Below are positions 11,343 through 20,603 of a DNA stretch of 64,000 nt, piece after piece. Below the pieces are notes generated by a model. It searched no databases and had not been told where the DNA came from. It was given only the letters and a program-made list of their open reading frames with translations. The stretch's first letter is position 1, and each line of letters starts with the position of its first letter. Position numbers and translations under genes: made by a program. The stretch is from Promethearchaeota archaeon (lineage in GTDB: Archaea > Asgardarchaeota > Lokiarchaeia > Sigyniarchaeales > SOKP01), in contig JBHLOY010000002.1 of assembly GCA_048939995.1 (NCBI GenBank), positions 320,001 to 384,000 of the forward strand, read 5' to 3'.

Positions 11343-11690
11343 TTAGGATAATATATCATACATTTCTCTTTTTTTTCGCTCTAAAAATTCTTTATTATTA
11401 GAGTTTTCGATGAAAGTTTTCATTTGAGATAATAATTTAAAGATATCTTTGTTTTTAATCCCATAATAATTAATATTCTTTTTGTTAATTTCTCTAATAT
11501 CAGATTCTACTAAATTAAATTCAATTAAAGTGTTTAAATGATGAGAAATTGTTGATTGCTTTTTTCCTAATAATTCTTCAATTTGTTTGGAAGTTTTTTG
11601 GTTACCTTTTAATTGTTCTAATATGTTTAAGCGAGTTTCATCACATAGTAGTTTTAAAAATTTAATTAGTTGCAGATTCGTTTCAGACAT
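11343..11690 (-). CDS. ArsR/SmtB family transcriptional regulator
   Basis: LKLLCDETRLNILEQL, QSTISHHLNTL. Confidence 0.88.
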   Translation of the reverse strand: MSETNLQLIKFLKLLCDETRLNILEQLKGNQKTSKQIEELLGKKQSTISHHLNTLIEFNLVESDIREINKKNINYYGIKNKDIFKLLSQMKTFIENSNNKEFLERKKREMYDILS

Positions 11691-11871
11691 CCTAATTCCT
11701 CCTAACTCTATTAATAAAGTTAATCGTAATGGTGGTTTTTAATTATTCTTATTATAACTTATTTATCTTTATAAATAAATATCCGTCAACCGAAATATTT
11801 AAATATCGGCATATCAACATATATCAATATACATAAAATAATTATATAACAAAATATTAGAGGGTCAAAAA

Positions 11872-12399
11872 ATGGCAACAGAACTATTTGAAATTGATGA
11901 TATTGATAAAAATATTATCCAATTAATCCAACAAGAACCCACGCTTACACATACAGAGATTGCTAAAAAAGTTAATCGTTCTCAACCAACAATTGGAATG
12001 CGGATAAGGAAATTGGAAGAAAATGGAATATTAAAGTTTCAAGCAGGAATTAACGTGAGAACAACTGATTTATTTCTTGCTCGAGCAGAAATTCAAGCAT
12101 TAAATACTTCTGAGATTATAAATTTGGTAAAAAAATGCCCTTATATGTTGAATGCATTTAGATTAAGTGGGTCTTCGAATATTAGTGTATTAATGGCGAG
12201 CCCTAGATTAGATCGCTTAGATCATATCGTAAATCACCATTTTAGAAAAAATCCAAATGTTATTTCAGTGTATATTGATGTAATTACTGAGATTGTTGAA
12301 GATTTTGTATTAAATTTTGATTTTGATTTTGATAAATGTGGTATAACAAAAGAAGGGCTCTGCTGTGAAAAATGTTTAAATAAAGTTTGTAAAAAATAG
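11872..12399 (+). CDS. Lrp/AsnC family regulator with Cys-rich C-terminal tail
   Basis: IDDIDKNIIQLIQ...EIAKKVNRSQPTIGMRIRKLEENGIL HTH; RAM domain; tail CGITKEGLCCEKCLNKVC. Confidence 0.9.
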   Translation: MATELFEIDDIDKNIIQLIQQEPTLTHTEIAKKVNRSQPTIGMRIRKLEENGILKFQAGINVRTTDLFLARAEIQALNTSEIINLVKKCPYMLNAFRLSGSSNISVLMASPRLDRLDHIVNHHFRKNPNVISVYIDVITEIVEDFVLNFDFDFDKCGITKEGLCCEKCLNKVCKK

Positions 12400-12634
12400 G
12401 TTTTTTCTTAATTAGTTTATTCTAAAATATCTATTTTCATGATTTTTCTCTATATTATAAAAAGAAAATTTTTAGATTAAATTGAAATATTAATTAATAT
12501 AGTTTAAGATCAAGAGTTAATAAAAAGAAAAATAATAAAATTAAATAATTGATTATAAAAAACCATCTAGGAGAATTCCTCTTCCAACTCTAGAATTGGG
12601 CTAAATTAAGGGGATAAAACTAAGATTATGTCAC

Positions 12635-12737
12635 GCCAGTGTATCCGAGGAGTTAAGGAGGCGGCCTGCAGAGCCGTTATTCATGGGTGCAAAAGATTCT
12701 AGGAGGTCCCTTTAATCTACAATTCCCATCACTGGCT
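12635..12737 (+). tRNA. tRNA-Cys(GCA) with a 30-nt intron in the T-loop
   Basis: Acceptor GCCAGTG/CACTGGC plus U73; anticodon arm GCGGC-CTGCAGA-GCCGT; T stem ATGGG/CCCAT encloses 37 nt instead of 7; 73 nt after intron removal; directly upstream of cysS. Confidence 0.9.
12693..12722 (+). other. non-canonical tRNA intron (about position 58/59)
   Basis: 30 extra nt in the T-loop with inner helix AGATT/AATCT. Only a relaxed BHB-like motif, so boundaries are uncertain by 1-2 nt. Confidence 0.72.
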
Positions 12738-12760
12738 TCCTTTTTTTAAGGTGATTAATT

Positions 12761-14203
12761 ATGAAAATTTATAATAGTTTAACATTTGCAAAGGAAGAGT
12801 TCAAAACCATTGAACCGAATAAAGTAAAGATATACGTCTGTGGTCCCACAGTCTACGATAGTCCACATTTGGGTCATGCTAAATCAGCTGTAGCATTCGA
12901 TATAATACATCGATATTTTAAATATAAGAATTTTGAGGTCAATATTGTCAAGAATTATACAGATATAGATGATAAAATTATCAAACGAGCCAATGAACTA
13001 AACGCAGATTATCAAGATTTAGCTAAAAAGTATATTAAAGAGTACCAAGAAGTTACTAAAGCTTTGAACATTGAAAAGGAGACTAAAAATCCACGTGCGA
13101 CTGAAGTAATTCCTTTTATAATTGAGTTCATTAAAGAATTGATTAGAAAGGGACATGCCTATGAAAATAATGGATCTGTCTATTTCTCCGTTAAAAGCTT
13201 CCCTAGATACGATTCAATTTTACAAAATGTAAAAGACAATATAGTTCAAGAAGAAGATGAGGATTATATTGATGATCAAGATACTGCATTTGGTGAAGAT
13301 AAATTAGATACTAGAGATTTTGCATTATGGAAAAAAGCAAAGGAAGGTGAGCCTTTCTGGGAAAGTCCATGGGGTAGAGGTCGACCTGGATGGCATATCG
13401 AATGCTCTGCAATGATTTTAAACTTCTTAGGTGAGACTATTGATATACATGGAGGAGGACAAGATTTAAAGTTCCCACATCATCGAAATGAAATCGCTCA
13501 ATCAGAGTCATATACTGGGAAACCTTTCGTGAATTACTTTATACATAATGGATTTGTCAATATCGATGATGAGAAGATGTCCAAAAGTCAAGGTAATTAT
13601 TTCTTAGTATCAGAAATTTTAAAAGATTATGATCCTATGGTAATCCGATTGTTCCTTATCTCAAGTCATTATCGTAGTTCAATAAATTATACACTTGATA
13701 ATATAGAACAAGCAAGAAAGAACTATAATAGATTAATTAATACAATAAAAAAAGTAAGGGGAGCTGAAATAACACAAAAACTGACTGAGGATAATTTAGT
13801 CATTAAAATTAGTGATACTAAAGAAAGTATCATCAATGCAATGGATGACGATTTTGACACGCCTACTGCATTGGCTGAATTATTCACTCTCTTTAGAGAG
13901 GTGAATAAGGTAATACTTGAGGAAAAAGTTAAAACTTCACCTGAATTTCATAAAAAATTCTTCGAATTCATTAAATTTATAGATCAAATTCTTGGAATTT
14001 TTCCTAACTTAGAACAAAAGTTAGAGAATTTCCCAATTGAAGGTGTTGATGAAAGTGATAAACTTATTAAAAATCTTATTGACCTCCTCGATGAAATTAG
14101 GACAAGGCTGAGAGAAAGAAAGCAATTTGACATTAGCGATTACATAAGAGACAAATTAAACGAGTTTGGAATAAAAGTTGAAGATAAAGCATTAAATCAA
14201 TAA
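12761..14203 (+). CDS. cysS: cysteine--tRNA ligase
   Basis: YVCGPTVYD, HLGH, DFALWK, GRPGWHIECSAM, HGGGQDLKFPHH, KMSKS; GGTGA RBS upstream. Confidence 0.98.
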   Translation: MKIYNSLTFAKEEFKTIEPNKVKIYVCGPTVYDSPHLGHAKSAVAFDIIHRYFKYKNFEVNIVKNYTDIDDKIIKRANELNADYQDLAKKYIKEYQEVTKALNIEKETKNPRATEVIPFIIEFIKELIRKGHAYENNGSVYFSVKSFPRYDSILQNVKDNIVQEEDEDYIDDQDTAFGEDKLDTRDFALWKKAKEGEPFWESPWGRGRPGWHIECSAMILNFLGETIDIHGGGQDLKFPHHRNEIAQSESYTGKPFVNYFIHNGFVNIDDEKMSKSQGNYFLVSEILKDYDPMVIRLFLISSHYRSSINYTLDNIEQARKNYNRLINTIKKVRGAEITQKLTEDNLVIKISDTKESIINAMDDDFDTPTALAELFTLFREVNKVILEEKVKTSPEFHKKFFEFIKFIDQILGIFPNLEQKLENFPIEGVDESDKLIKNLIDLLDEIRTRLRERKQFDISDYIRDKLNEFGIKVEDKALNQ

Positions 14204-14414
14204 AAAGTAGTATAAAAGGAAAGTCGATTCAATCAAATTTAAATAATTAGGAAAGATTATTAGTGTTTTATACACTAGCGAAATCAAACGTTCGATTAAA
14301 TCAAATTCCTTTTGCTAAACTAATTTAAATTTGTATATATAGATAAATGCCATTATTGCATTCTATTTTATAAAAATTAAAAATTTCTAATATCATAGAT
14401 TTTAGTAAGAGAGA

Positions 14415-15440
14415 TTGAGGATGAATTATAAAAAAGAAAGTGACGTATTAGGAATAGGATTAATTTCCGGGGGTTTGGACAGTTTAATTGCTTCATTAAT
14501 ACTTAAACTTCAAGATGTAGAAATCATAGGTCTTAACTTTAAATCTCCCTTTTGTATATGCGACAAAGCTCTAAAGAATGCTGAATGTGGTTTAAACCTC
14601 TATTATGAAAAATTAGGGATCAGGCTTTTTCACATTCAAAAAGAAGATGATTATTTAGAGATTATCCGTAATCCTAAATTTGGATATGGAAGAAACTTAA
14701 ATCCTTGTATTGATTGTAGGATTTACATACTCAAAAAAGCAAAAGAATTTATGTATAACACCAATGCTGATTTTGTATTTACAGGAGAAGTGCTAAACCA
14801 AAGACCCAAATCTCAAAATCTAAAAGCTTTAAATATAATTGAAAAAGAAGCTGGACTTGAAGGACAATTGTTGAGACCCTTATCTGCTTTATTATTAAAA
14901 CCTTCAAAAATAGAAGAAAATGGCTTGATTGACAGATCCAAGTTATTAGGAATAAAAGGTAGGAGTAGAAAAATTCAACTCGAATTAGCTAGGAAAAATG
15001 ATCTTTTAAAAGAATATTATGCATGTGGAGGTTGTTTATTAACTGATCAACAATTTTCAAGAAGAATGAGGGATTATCTTGAATTTAATACTAATTTATC
15101 GATGAAAGACATAAGTTTTCTAAAATTTGGGCGGCATTTTCGATATAATAATTCTAAGATAATTATAGGTAGAAATAGATTTGAGAATGAAATGTTAGTT
15201 CAAATAAGAAATACGAATGATATAATAATGGAGGTAAAAGATGTACCTGGACCAATTACTCTTATTCAGGGAAAATTTAATAAAGAATCTATTCATATGG
15301 CTGCTCAACTCACTTTAAGATATTCAGATGCTAAAGGGAATAATGGATCCATAATTTATGGAAATCATCCCGATAAATTAGACAAATTAATGACAGTCAA
15401 AAAAGTAAATGATAACTCTCTCAAAACTTATTTAATATAA
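14415..15440 (+). CDS. ThiI/MnmA-like PP-loop tRNA thiolation enzyme with DUF814-like C-terminus
   Basis: SGGLDS PP-loop, NPCIDCR, TGEVLNQRPKSQ, CGGCLLTD, GRHFR, IIGRN. Confidence 0.82.
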   Translation: MRMNYKKESDVLGIGLISGGLDSLIASLILKLQDVEIIGLNFKSPFCICDKALKNAECGLNLYYEKLGIRLFHIQKEDDYLEIIRNPKFGYGRNLNPCIDCRIYILKKAKEFMYNTNADFVFTGEVLNQRPKSQNLKALNIIEKEAGLEGQLLRPLSALLLKPSKIEENGLIDRSKLLGIKGRSRKIQLELARKNDLLKEYYACGGCLLTDQQFSRRMRDYLEFNTNLSMKDISFLKFGRHFRYNNSKIIIGRNRFENEMLVQIRNTNDIIMEVKDVPGPITLIQGKFNKESIHMAAQLTLRYSDAKGNNGSIIYGNHPDKLDKLMTVKKVNDNSLKTYLI

Positions 15441-15446
15441 CTTAAA

Positions 15447-15986
15447 TTAAGATTCCATTTTCTTATATTCACAATATTTACAATTAGTACTACACCCATC
15501 TTCTAAATTTGGGAACATAAGTTCAGAATCAGTATCAATGGGTAAAACAAAATTTTTTACTGTGTCAGTTATAAATTCCAGCAAAATTTCATGAACATTA
15601 CTATTATCCCTAAAATGTTGATCAACAACATTATTTAGCTTCTTAATATCAGTATTTGCTATTAAAATGGACAAATTATACTTTCCACTTAATCTAAAAG
15701 CATTAAGCATAAATGGGCAATGATTTACCATATCTACAATTTCCTCAGGATTTTTAGTATTTAAATTTACAAATGCTAATTGAATTCCTATCTTTTTAAA
15801 ATTTAATCCTGCTTGTAGCTGCAAAATTCCTTTTTCTTTAAGTTTTCTTAATCTAGTCCCTACAGTTGGTTGACTACGATTAACAATTTCTGCAATTTGA
15901 TAATGAGTTAAATTTGGATCTTCTTGCAATAATGATATTAGTTTTAAATCAATTTTATCTAACTTTAATTTTTTATCATTCAACAT
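15447..15986 (-). CDS. Lrp/AsnC family regulator with Cys-rich tail (paralog of 11872..12399)
   Basis: LDKIDLKLISLLQ, NRSQPTVGTRLRKL, CPFMLNAFRLSG shared with the paralog; tail CSTNCKYC. Confidence 0.9.
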   Translation of the reverse strand: MLNDKKLKLDKIDLKLISLLQEDPNLTHYQIAEIVNRSQPTVGTRLRKLKEKGILQLQAGLNFKKIGIQLAFVNLNTKNPEEIVDMVNHCPFMLNAFRLSGKYNLSILIANTDIKKLNNVVDQHFRDNSNVHEILLEFITDTVKNFVLPIDTDSELMFPNLEDGCSTNCKYCEYKKMES

Positions 15987-16193
15987 GTGTTATCCCTCTT
16001 AACTTCTTTTAATCTTAAAGAAGTTTTTTGAAACTTTTATATTATAAATCTAATTCTCTCATACTTTTTAATTAGAAAATTATTCCAAAATAAAAGATTA
16101 AGTGCAATTTTGTCACATAATTTAATCCTTTCTATCTCTAACCAGCTGATGAAATAAATGTTGTGACAAAATATTAGTCGCTTTTTAATAAAT

Positions 16194-16242
16194 TAGTTTC
16201 AAATTGAAACTATAATTTAATATTGATTGCAAATCGAAACTA
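16194..16242. promoter_or_regulatory. palindromic operator pair upstream of the MarR-like gene
   Basis: Perfect TAGTTTCAA-A-TTGAAACTA at 16194-16212 and an imperfect copy TGATTGCAAATCGAAACTA at 16224-16242. Confidence 0.55.
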
Positions 16243-16356
16243 GGATTAGAAGAATCGTTTAAGTAAGCCACTATTCAAAATACTTATTAAAGAGAAATGA
16301 GTATATTAAATTGAAGAGTTTAGTTCAAATAATTAATTTCTTGAAAGGAAAATTAA

Positions 16357-16614
16357 ATGATTGTGGAAGATAAATATTCAGTTTCTAGTTACGAAGAAAA
16401 GAATAACCTATATTCTTTATCACCATCAAGTAAATTTATATTATACATATTAAAACAACGGGGTCCTTTAAGCCAAATAGAAATATTAAAAAAGAGTCTT
16501 CTTCCTAAACGCACAGTTGCTTACGCATTAAAGAAGTTACAAGAATATGATTTTATAGAACGATTTAAAGCTCCCTTCGATAAAAGAATAAGCATCTTTA
16601 AAATAAAAATTTAA
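16357..16614 (+). CDS. MarR-like winged-helix regulator
   Basis: LSPSSKFILYILKQRGPLSQIEI...LPKRTVAYALKKL...DKRIS. Confidence 0.85.
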   Translation: MIVEDKYSVSSYEEKNNLYSLSPSSKFILYILKQRGPLSQIEILKKSLLPKRTVAYALKKLQEYDFIERFKAPFDKRISIFKIKI

Positions 16615-16724
16615 AATTTTAAGTTTTTCCTAAAAAAACCTTTTAGATATAAAAATTATTTTTATAAATCTTATTGGTTTAAAAATTATTTAATTAAAAT
16701 TTGAACCTTTCTTAAAGAGAAATA

Positions 16725-18239
16725 ATGAAGATAAAGAAGATTGCTCCCATTATTATTATTGTTTTAATTGGAATATTAATTATTGCTTTAGTTATCATCT
16801 TTTTACCATTAAACCCGACATCCGCCAGTGGTTCAAGAAAAGCACTCATTCTTAGTAGTGCTAATGATTATTACAGAAAGGATGGGGAACCTGACTTTAA
16901 TAATGGAAAGGACTCAAAATTTGATATTGAAGGGCCAACTACGTGGATACCAGATTTTAATAATGCATCTGGAGGAATTGACACCTCACTTCCTGGTCAT
17001 AATACTCCTGGATTTATATTTTTATATGCATTAACTACTCCTCCCCAACCCAAATATGTTAATACTGAATTTGTATACAATTGGACAAACTATTATAGTT
17101 TACTTAAATTTGCGGCATACAGAATTTCTGCTTGGGTTAACATCACAACTAATATTAATTTTCCACCTGTAACACCTGCAATTATAGCACCTCCTGGATC
17201 TGGGGTGAGAATAGGACTAAGGTGGTTAAATTCTAGCAATGGTATAGTGAGAGAAGATTGGTCAATAGGATTATATGGAGGTTATTGGGGATGGTCATTT
17301 TTGAATGTTACTGGTATTGCCGATAATTCAACTCTAAATGAGATAACTCAACTACATTTAGTTTTAGCCGTTGAAGGTTATATGAATGGTAATGATATGG
17401 TACTTTTTGATGATATTAAGGTAGAATATTGGTTTCCACCCCCAATCCCAAATCCACCCCTAAGCAATATAGACTCAGATGGATTTCCTGCCCAAGCACT
17501 TCAAGTTTATTGGACTTTGAAAAATCATGGATATACAGATGACAATATATATTTAATGTTATATCATACTGGAGATGACATAATCGATATTGATGCATTT
17601 GATGGATTTCCTAACGATTTAAATAGATCAGGAGTTCTTGCTGAAGTAGATGTTGAAAATGATGATGTAAACGCTAGCAGACTTAAACAAGAACTAGATG
17701 GGTCAATTTCTGGTTCTTTTGCTTCTGGTATTCAATCTAATGATCAATTAATAATATACATGGTAGATCATGGTTCAAATAAAATTCTAGGAGATGCTAA
17801 TGCTACCTTTCATTTTGAAGCAGATGATAGCTATATTACTGAGTTGGAATTTTTTAATCTTATTAGACAGATAAATTGTAAAAGAATTTTGATAAATATT
17901 GATATATGTTTCAGTGGAAACTTTTTGAACCAAGACTCAAATATAGGTTTAAGCTGGTACAATATTCCCAATTCTATACTAATAACATCTACAACAGATA
18001 TTCTTTCATGGTACTGGCGAGATAACAATAATCCTGATGGGTTTGCTGGTTCATGGTTTTTTCATCAGTTTTGGGATCATTTAAACCAAAATCAGTCAAT
18101 AGGAAGCGCATTTTACTTTGCAGTAAATTTTACGCCCACAGGATTCTTGAAGAATATCAGTCAAATTCAAACTCCTTTAATTCAAGACAATCTTGGAATT
18201 AAAGATTTGTGGAGTTTTAATAGTAGCACACAATTATAA
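16725..18239 (+). CDS. membrane-anchored C13 (legumain/caspase-fold) peptidase with an inserted beta-rich domain
   Basis: N-terminal hydrophobic anchor; KALILS first strand; YWTLKNHGYTDDNI; catalytic YMVDHG and IDICFSG. Confidence 0.75.
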   Translation: MKIKKIAPIIIIVLIGILIIALVIIFLPLNPTSASGSRKALILSSANDYYRKDGEPDFNNGKDSKFDIEGPTTWIPDFNNASGGIDTSLPGHNTPGFIFLYALTTPPQPKYVNTEFVYNWTNYYSLLKFAAYRISAWVNITTNINFPPVTPAIIAPPGSGVRIGLRWLNSSNGIVREDWSIGLYGGYWGWSFLNVTGIADNSTLNEITQLHLVLAVEGYMNGNDMVLFDDIKVEYWFPPPIPNPPLSNIDSDGFPAQALQVYWTLKNHGYTDDNIYLMLYHTGDDIIDIDAFDGFPNDLNRSGVLAEVDVENDDVNASRLKQELDGSISGSFASGIQSNDQLIIYMVDHGSNKILGDANATFHFEADDSYITELEFFNLIRQINCKRILINIDICFSGNFLNQDSNIGLSWYNIPNSILITSTTDILSWYWRDNNNPDGFAGSWFFHQFWDHLNQNQSIGSAFYFAVNFTPTGFLKNISQIQTPLIQDNLGIKDLWSFNSSTQL

Positions 18240-18267
18240 CTTTTTAACTTTTTACTTTAATTTCTAT

Positions 18268-18837
18268 TTATTTTTTATATTTCCTTCCGATTTTCCACGC
18301 TTTTCCGACTTCTTGACCTAAACTCCAATAGGCTCTATTTGATGGTGAATAGATTATCAGATTTATTCTTTTAACATCTGGAACTTCATTAGTTAGGCAA
18401 TCTTCACTGATATAAGTGTTAATTATCTGGCCGATGTATAAATCCTTTCTATCTGCAAGTTCTACAATCTTTACTACTTTACAAGCATGATTGACTGGTG
18501 CTTCACTTATTAAAGGGGCTTTTGTTAGATCTCCAAAAAATGTTTCAAAAATATGCGATTTATCAATTTCTACTCCTGATTTCATACCAATGAAGTCTAC
18601 AATTTCCACCATTTCTAATGAGGGAATGTTAACACTAATCTCCATATTATTTAGGATACCTTTTGTTGTATAATGACCTGGCCCACATTCGATTGAAATC
18701 ATGGGAGGGGAAAGATTTACTACGCCGCAGAATGCAATGGTGCAATAATTTGGTTTTTCGTTAACTATTGATCCGGCAATAACTGTGGGCATTGGATATA
18801 ATAAAGTTCGTGGCTTTCGTAGTTTTTTTTTCAACAT
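18268..18837 (-). CDS. flavin reductase family protein (flavoredoxin-like)
   Basis: LYPMPTVIAG, HYTTKGI, SVNIP, APLISEAPVNHAC. Confidence 0.88.
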   Translation of the reverse strand: MLKKKLRKPRTLLYPMPTVIAGSIVNEKPNYCTIAFCGVVNLSPPMISIECGPGHYTTKGILNNMEISVNIPSLEMVEIVDFIGMKSGVEIDKSHIFETFFGDLTKAPLISEAPVNHACKVVKIVELADRKDLYIGQIINTYISEDCLTNEVPDVKRINLIIYSPSNRAYWSLGQEVGKAWKIGRKYKK

Positions 18838-19114
18838 TTTATTAAAACTCCATTTTTAAACAATCTTATTCGTGAAAGTATTTAAATGCATTTATTATTA
18901 ATTACATTACTTATCATAGATGAAGTCCCATCTGTCAAATAAAACTTTAATAAACAGTTATTAAAAATCTTATATGTTTACTATATTTCCATAGTTTTAT
19001 GTAAATAATTAAAATCAGAATTCTGCTTTTTTCTTTATAAAACTTTATGTAAAGCTTTTTATAGCAAATTCTCTCATAATAAAATAATTAATTCGGAAAT
19101 TTGAGAATAAAAAA

Positions 19115-19627
19115 TTGAATTTAGAAAATATAAAGAATTATATCTGGTTGTTAAATATCATAGCAGCAACGCTAGGATTGATTTTAACATTCATACCTAT
19201 TGTTCACCATTCTGAACTTGGCTTAAGTAGTGATTATTTTCTTGTGGGATTTAAGATGGATCATTATCCCATTGGCGATCAACCTACCTATTATGAATCT
19301 AGCACTCTAATTTATAGAGTTGGCATGACCACATTAATAATTATTGTTATTGGAAGCATTTTATTGATAATGAGCTCATTACCCTTATTAAAAGAAAAGT
19401 TAAATGCATGGCCAAAAGCATGGATTTTCTCGATTTTCTGGTTATTTTGCGGTCTATTAATGATTTCAGGGATAATATATTATTATTTAGGAATGAACTC
19501 TGTGGATTCATCATTTTGGAATTATTGGTCACTTTCCGGAGGAATAGTAGTATTAATTGGTGGGGCTATAGCTATTTCTTCTGCTATTTTTAGGGAAATT
19601 GCTCCTAAATTAATCAAAAATCGATGA
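19115..19627 (+). CDS. hypothetical four-helix membrane protein
   Basis: Four hydrophobic segments in a 170-aa ORF. Confidence 0.65.
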   Translation: MNLENIKNYIWLLNIIAATLGLILTFIPIVHHSELGLSSDYFLVGFKMDHYPIGDQPTYYESSTLIYRVGMTTLIIIVIGSILLIMSSLPLLKEKLNAWPKAWIFSIFWLFCGLLMISGIIYYYLGMNSVDSSFWNYWSLSGGIVVLIGGAIAISSAIFREIAPKLIKNR

Positions 19628-19678
19628 TGTTTAAGAAATACTCTGATAATTCCTAGCGAGAAACAATATGAAAAAATA

Positions 19679-20509
19679 TTAAAAATATTTCTCTAGAAAA
19701 TCAATTGTAGCCTTCACTTCTTTTTTTGTGCATAAAGTACCATGGCCGGGTATATAGATGTCTAAATCCTTCTCATAGTATGTATTCATTATTTCTCTAA
19801 AATTTTGAGGATCTAAAGCCCAAGGTGTACCATTGATACCTTTAGCCCATTCTGGATCCAGAGTGGCAAAAAGTAGATCACCCATAAAACTAATTTTCTC
19901 ATTTGGAAAATAAGCAATTATATCTTCACTTGAATGGGCATTTCCTACATTAATAATTTCAACTGATCTATTAGTTCCATAAATTGTCATTCTATCATGT
20001 AGAATAAGATCTGGTGGTCTTAATTTGAAGTTAGGATCTTGAACTTCTTTATATGTTATTAGATCATTTTGTAATTCAACAATTTTGTTTGGATCTTTTT
20101 CTTTTTGTAATAGTTCCTCCGTATTATTATACTGTGTAGGAGCATTATTCCGTAGATTATCAATTTGTTCCATTAATTCTTTCTGAAATCTATTTAAGGT
20201 CCCTTTACTACTTAATATAGGCATTGAGTTAGGAAATAATCTATTTCCAAATACATGATCCATGTGAGCATGACTATTTATTAATAAAAAGGGATCTTTA
20301 CCTGTAATCGACGTGGCAGCAGCTATCATATCTTTAGTGGAAAATGGATCCATCATTGTATCAAAAACTATAGTAATATTCCCTAAATCAAAAAACCCCG
20401 CATTAGAGCTAGGACCAAGTTTTTGATTCCAAATTGATGCATAAATACCTTCCGATAGTTTATATATTTCTAAATAGATTGAGTCAAAAGGAATTCTCTC
20501 AACATTCAT
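19679..20509 (-). CDS. MBL-fold metallo-hydrolase
   Basis: SHAHMDHVFGN, AHS, GDL, IPGHG. Confidence 0.92.
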   Translation of the reverse strand: MNVERIPFDSIYLEIYKLSEGIYASIWNQKLGPSSNAGFFDLGNITIVFDTMMDPFSTKDMIAAATSITGKDPFLLINSHAHMDHVFGNRLFPNSMPILSSKGTLNRFQKELMEQIDNLRNNAPTQYNNTEELLQKEKDPNKIVELQNDLITYKEVQDPNFKLRPPDLILHDRMTIYGTNRSVEIINVGNAHSSEDIIAYFPNEKISFMGDLLFATLDPEWAKGINGTPWALDPQNFREIMNTYYEKDLDIYIPGHGTLCTKKEVKATIDFLEKYF

Positions 20510-20603
20510 GATAAAAACTTAGACTTTTTCATCTACTAAGTAAAAGTAAACTATTATAGATTTACTTCAGAAGTTCAATTGAAGTATGAGAAATTCTAAA
20601 TTC

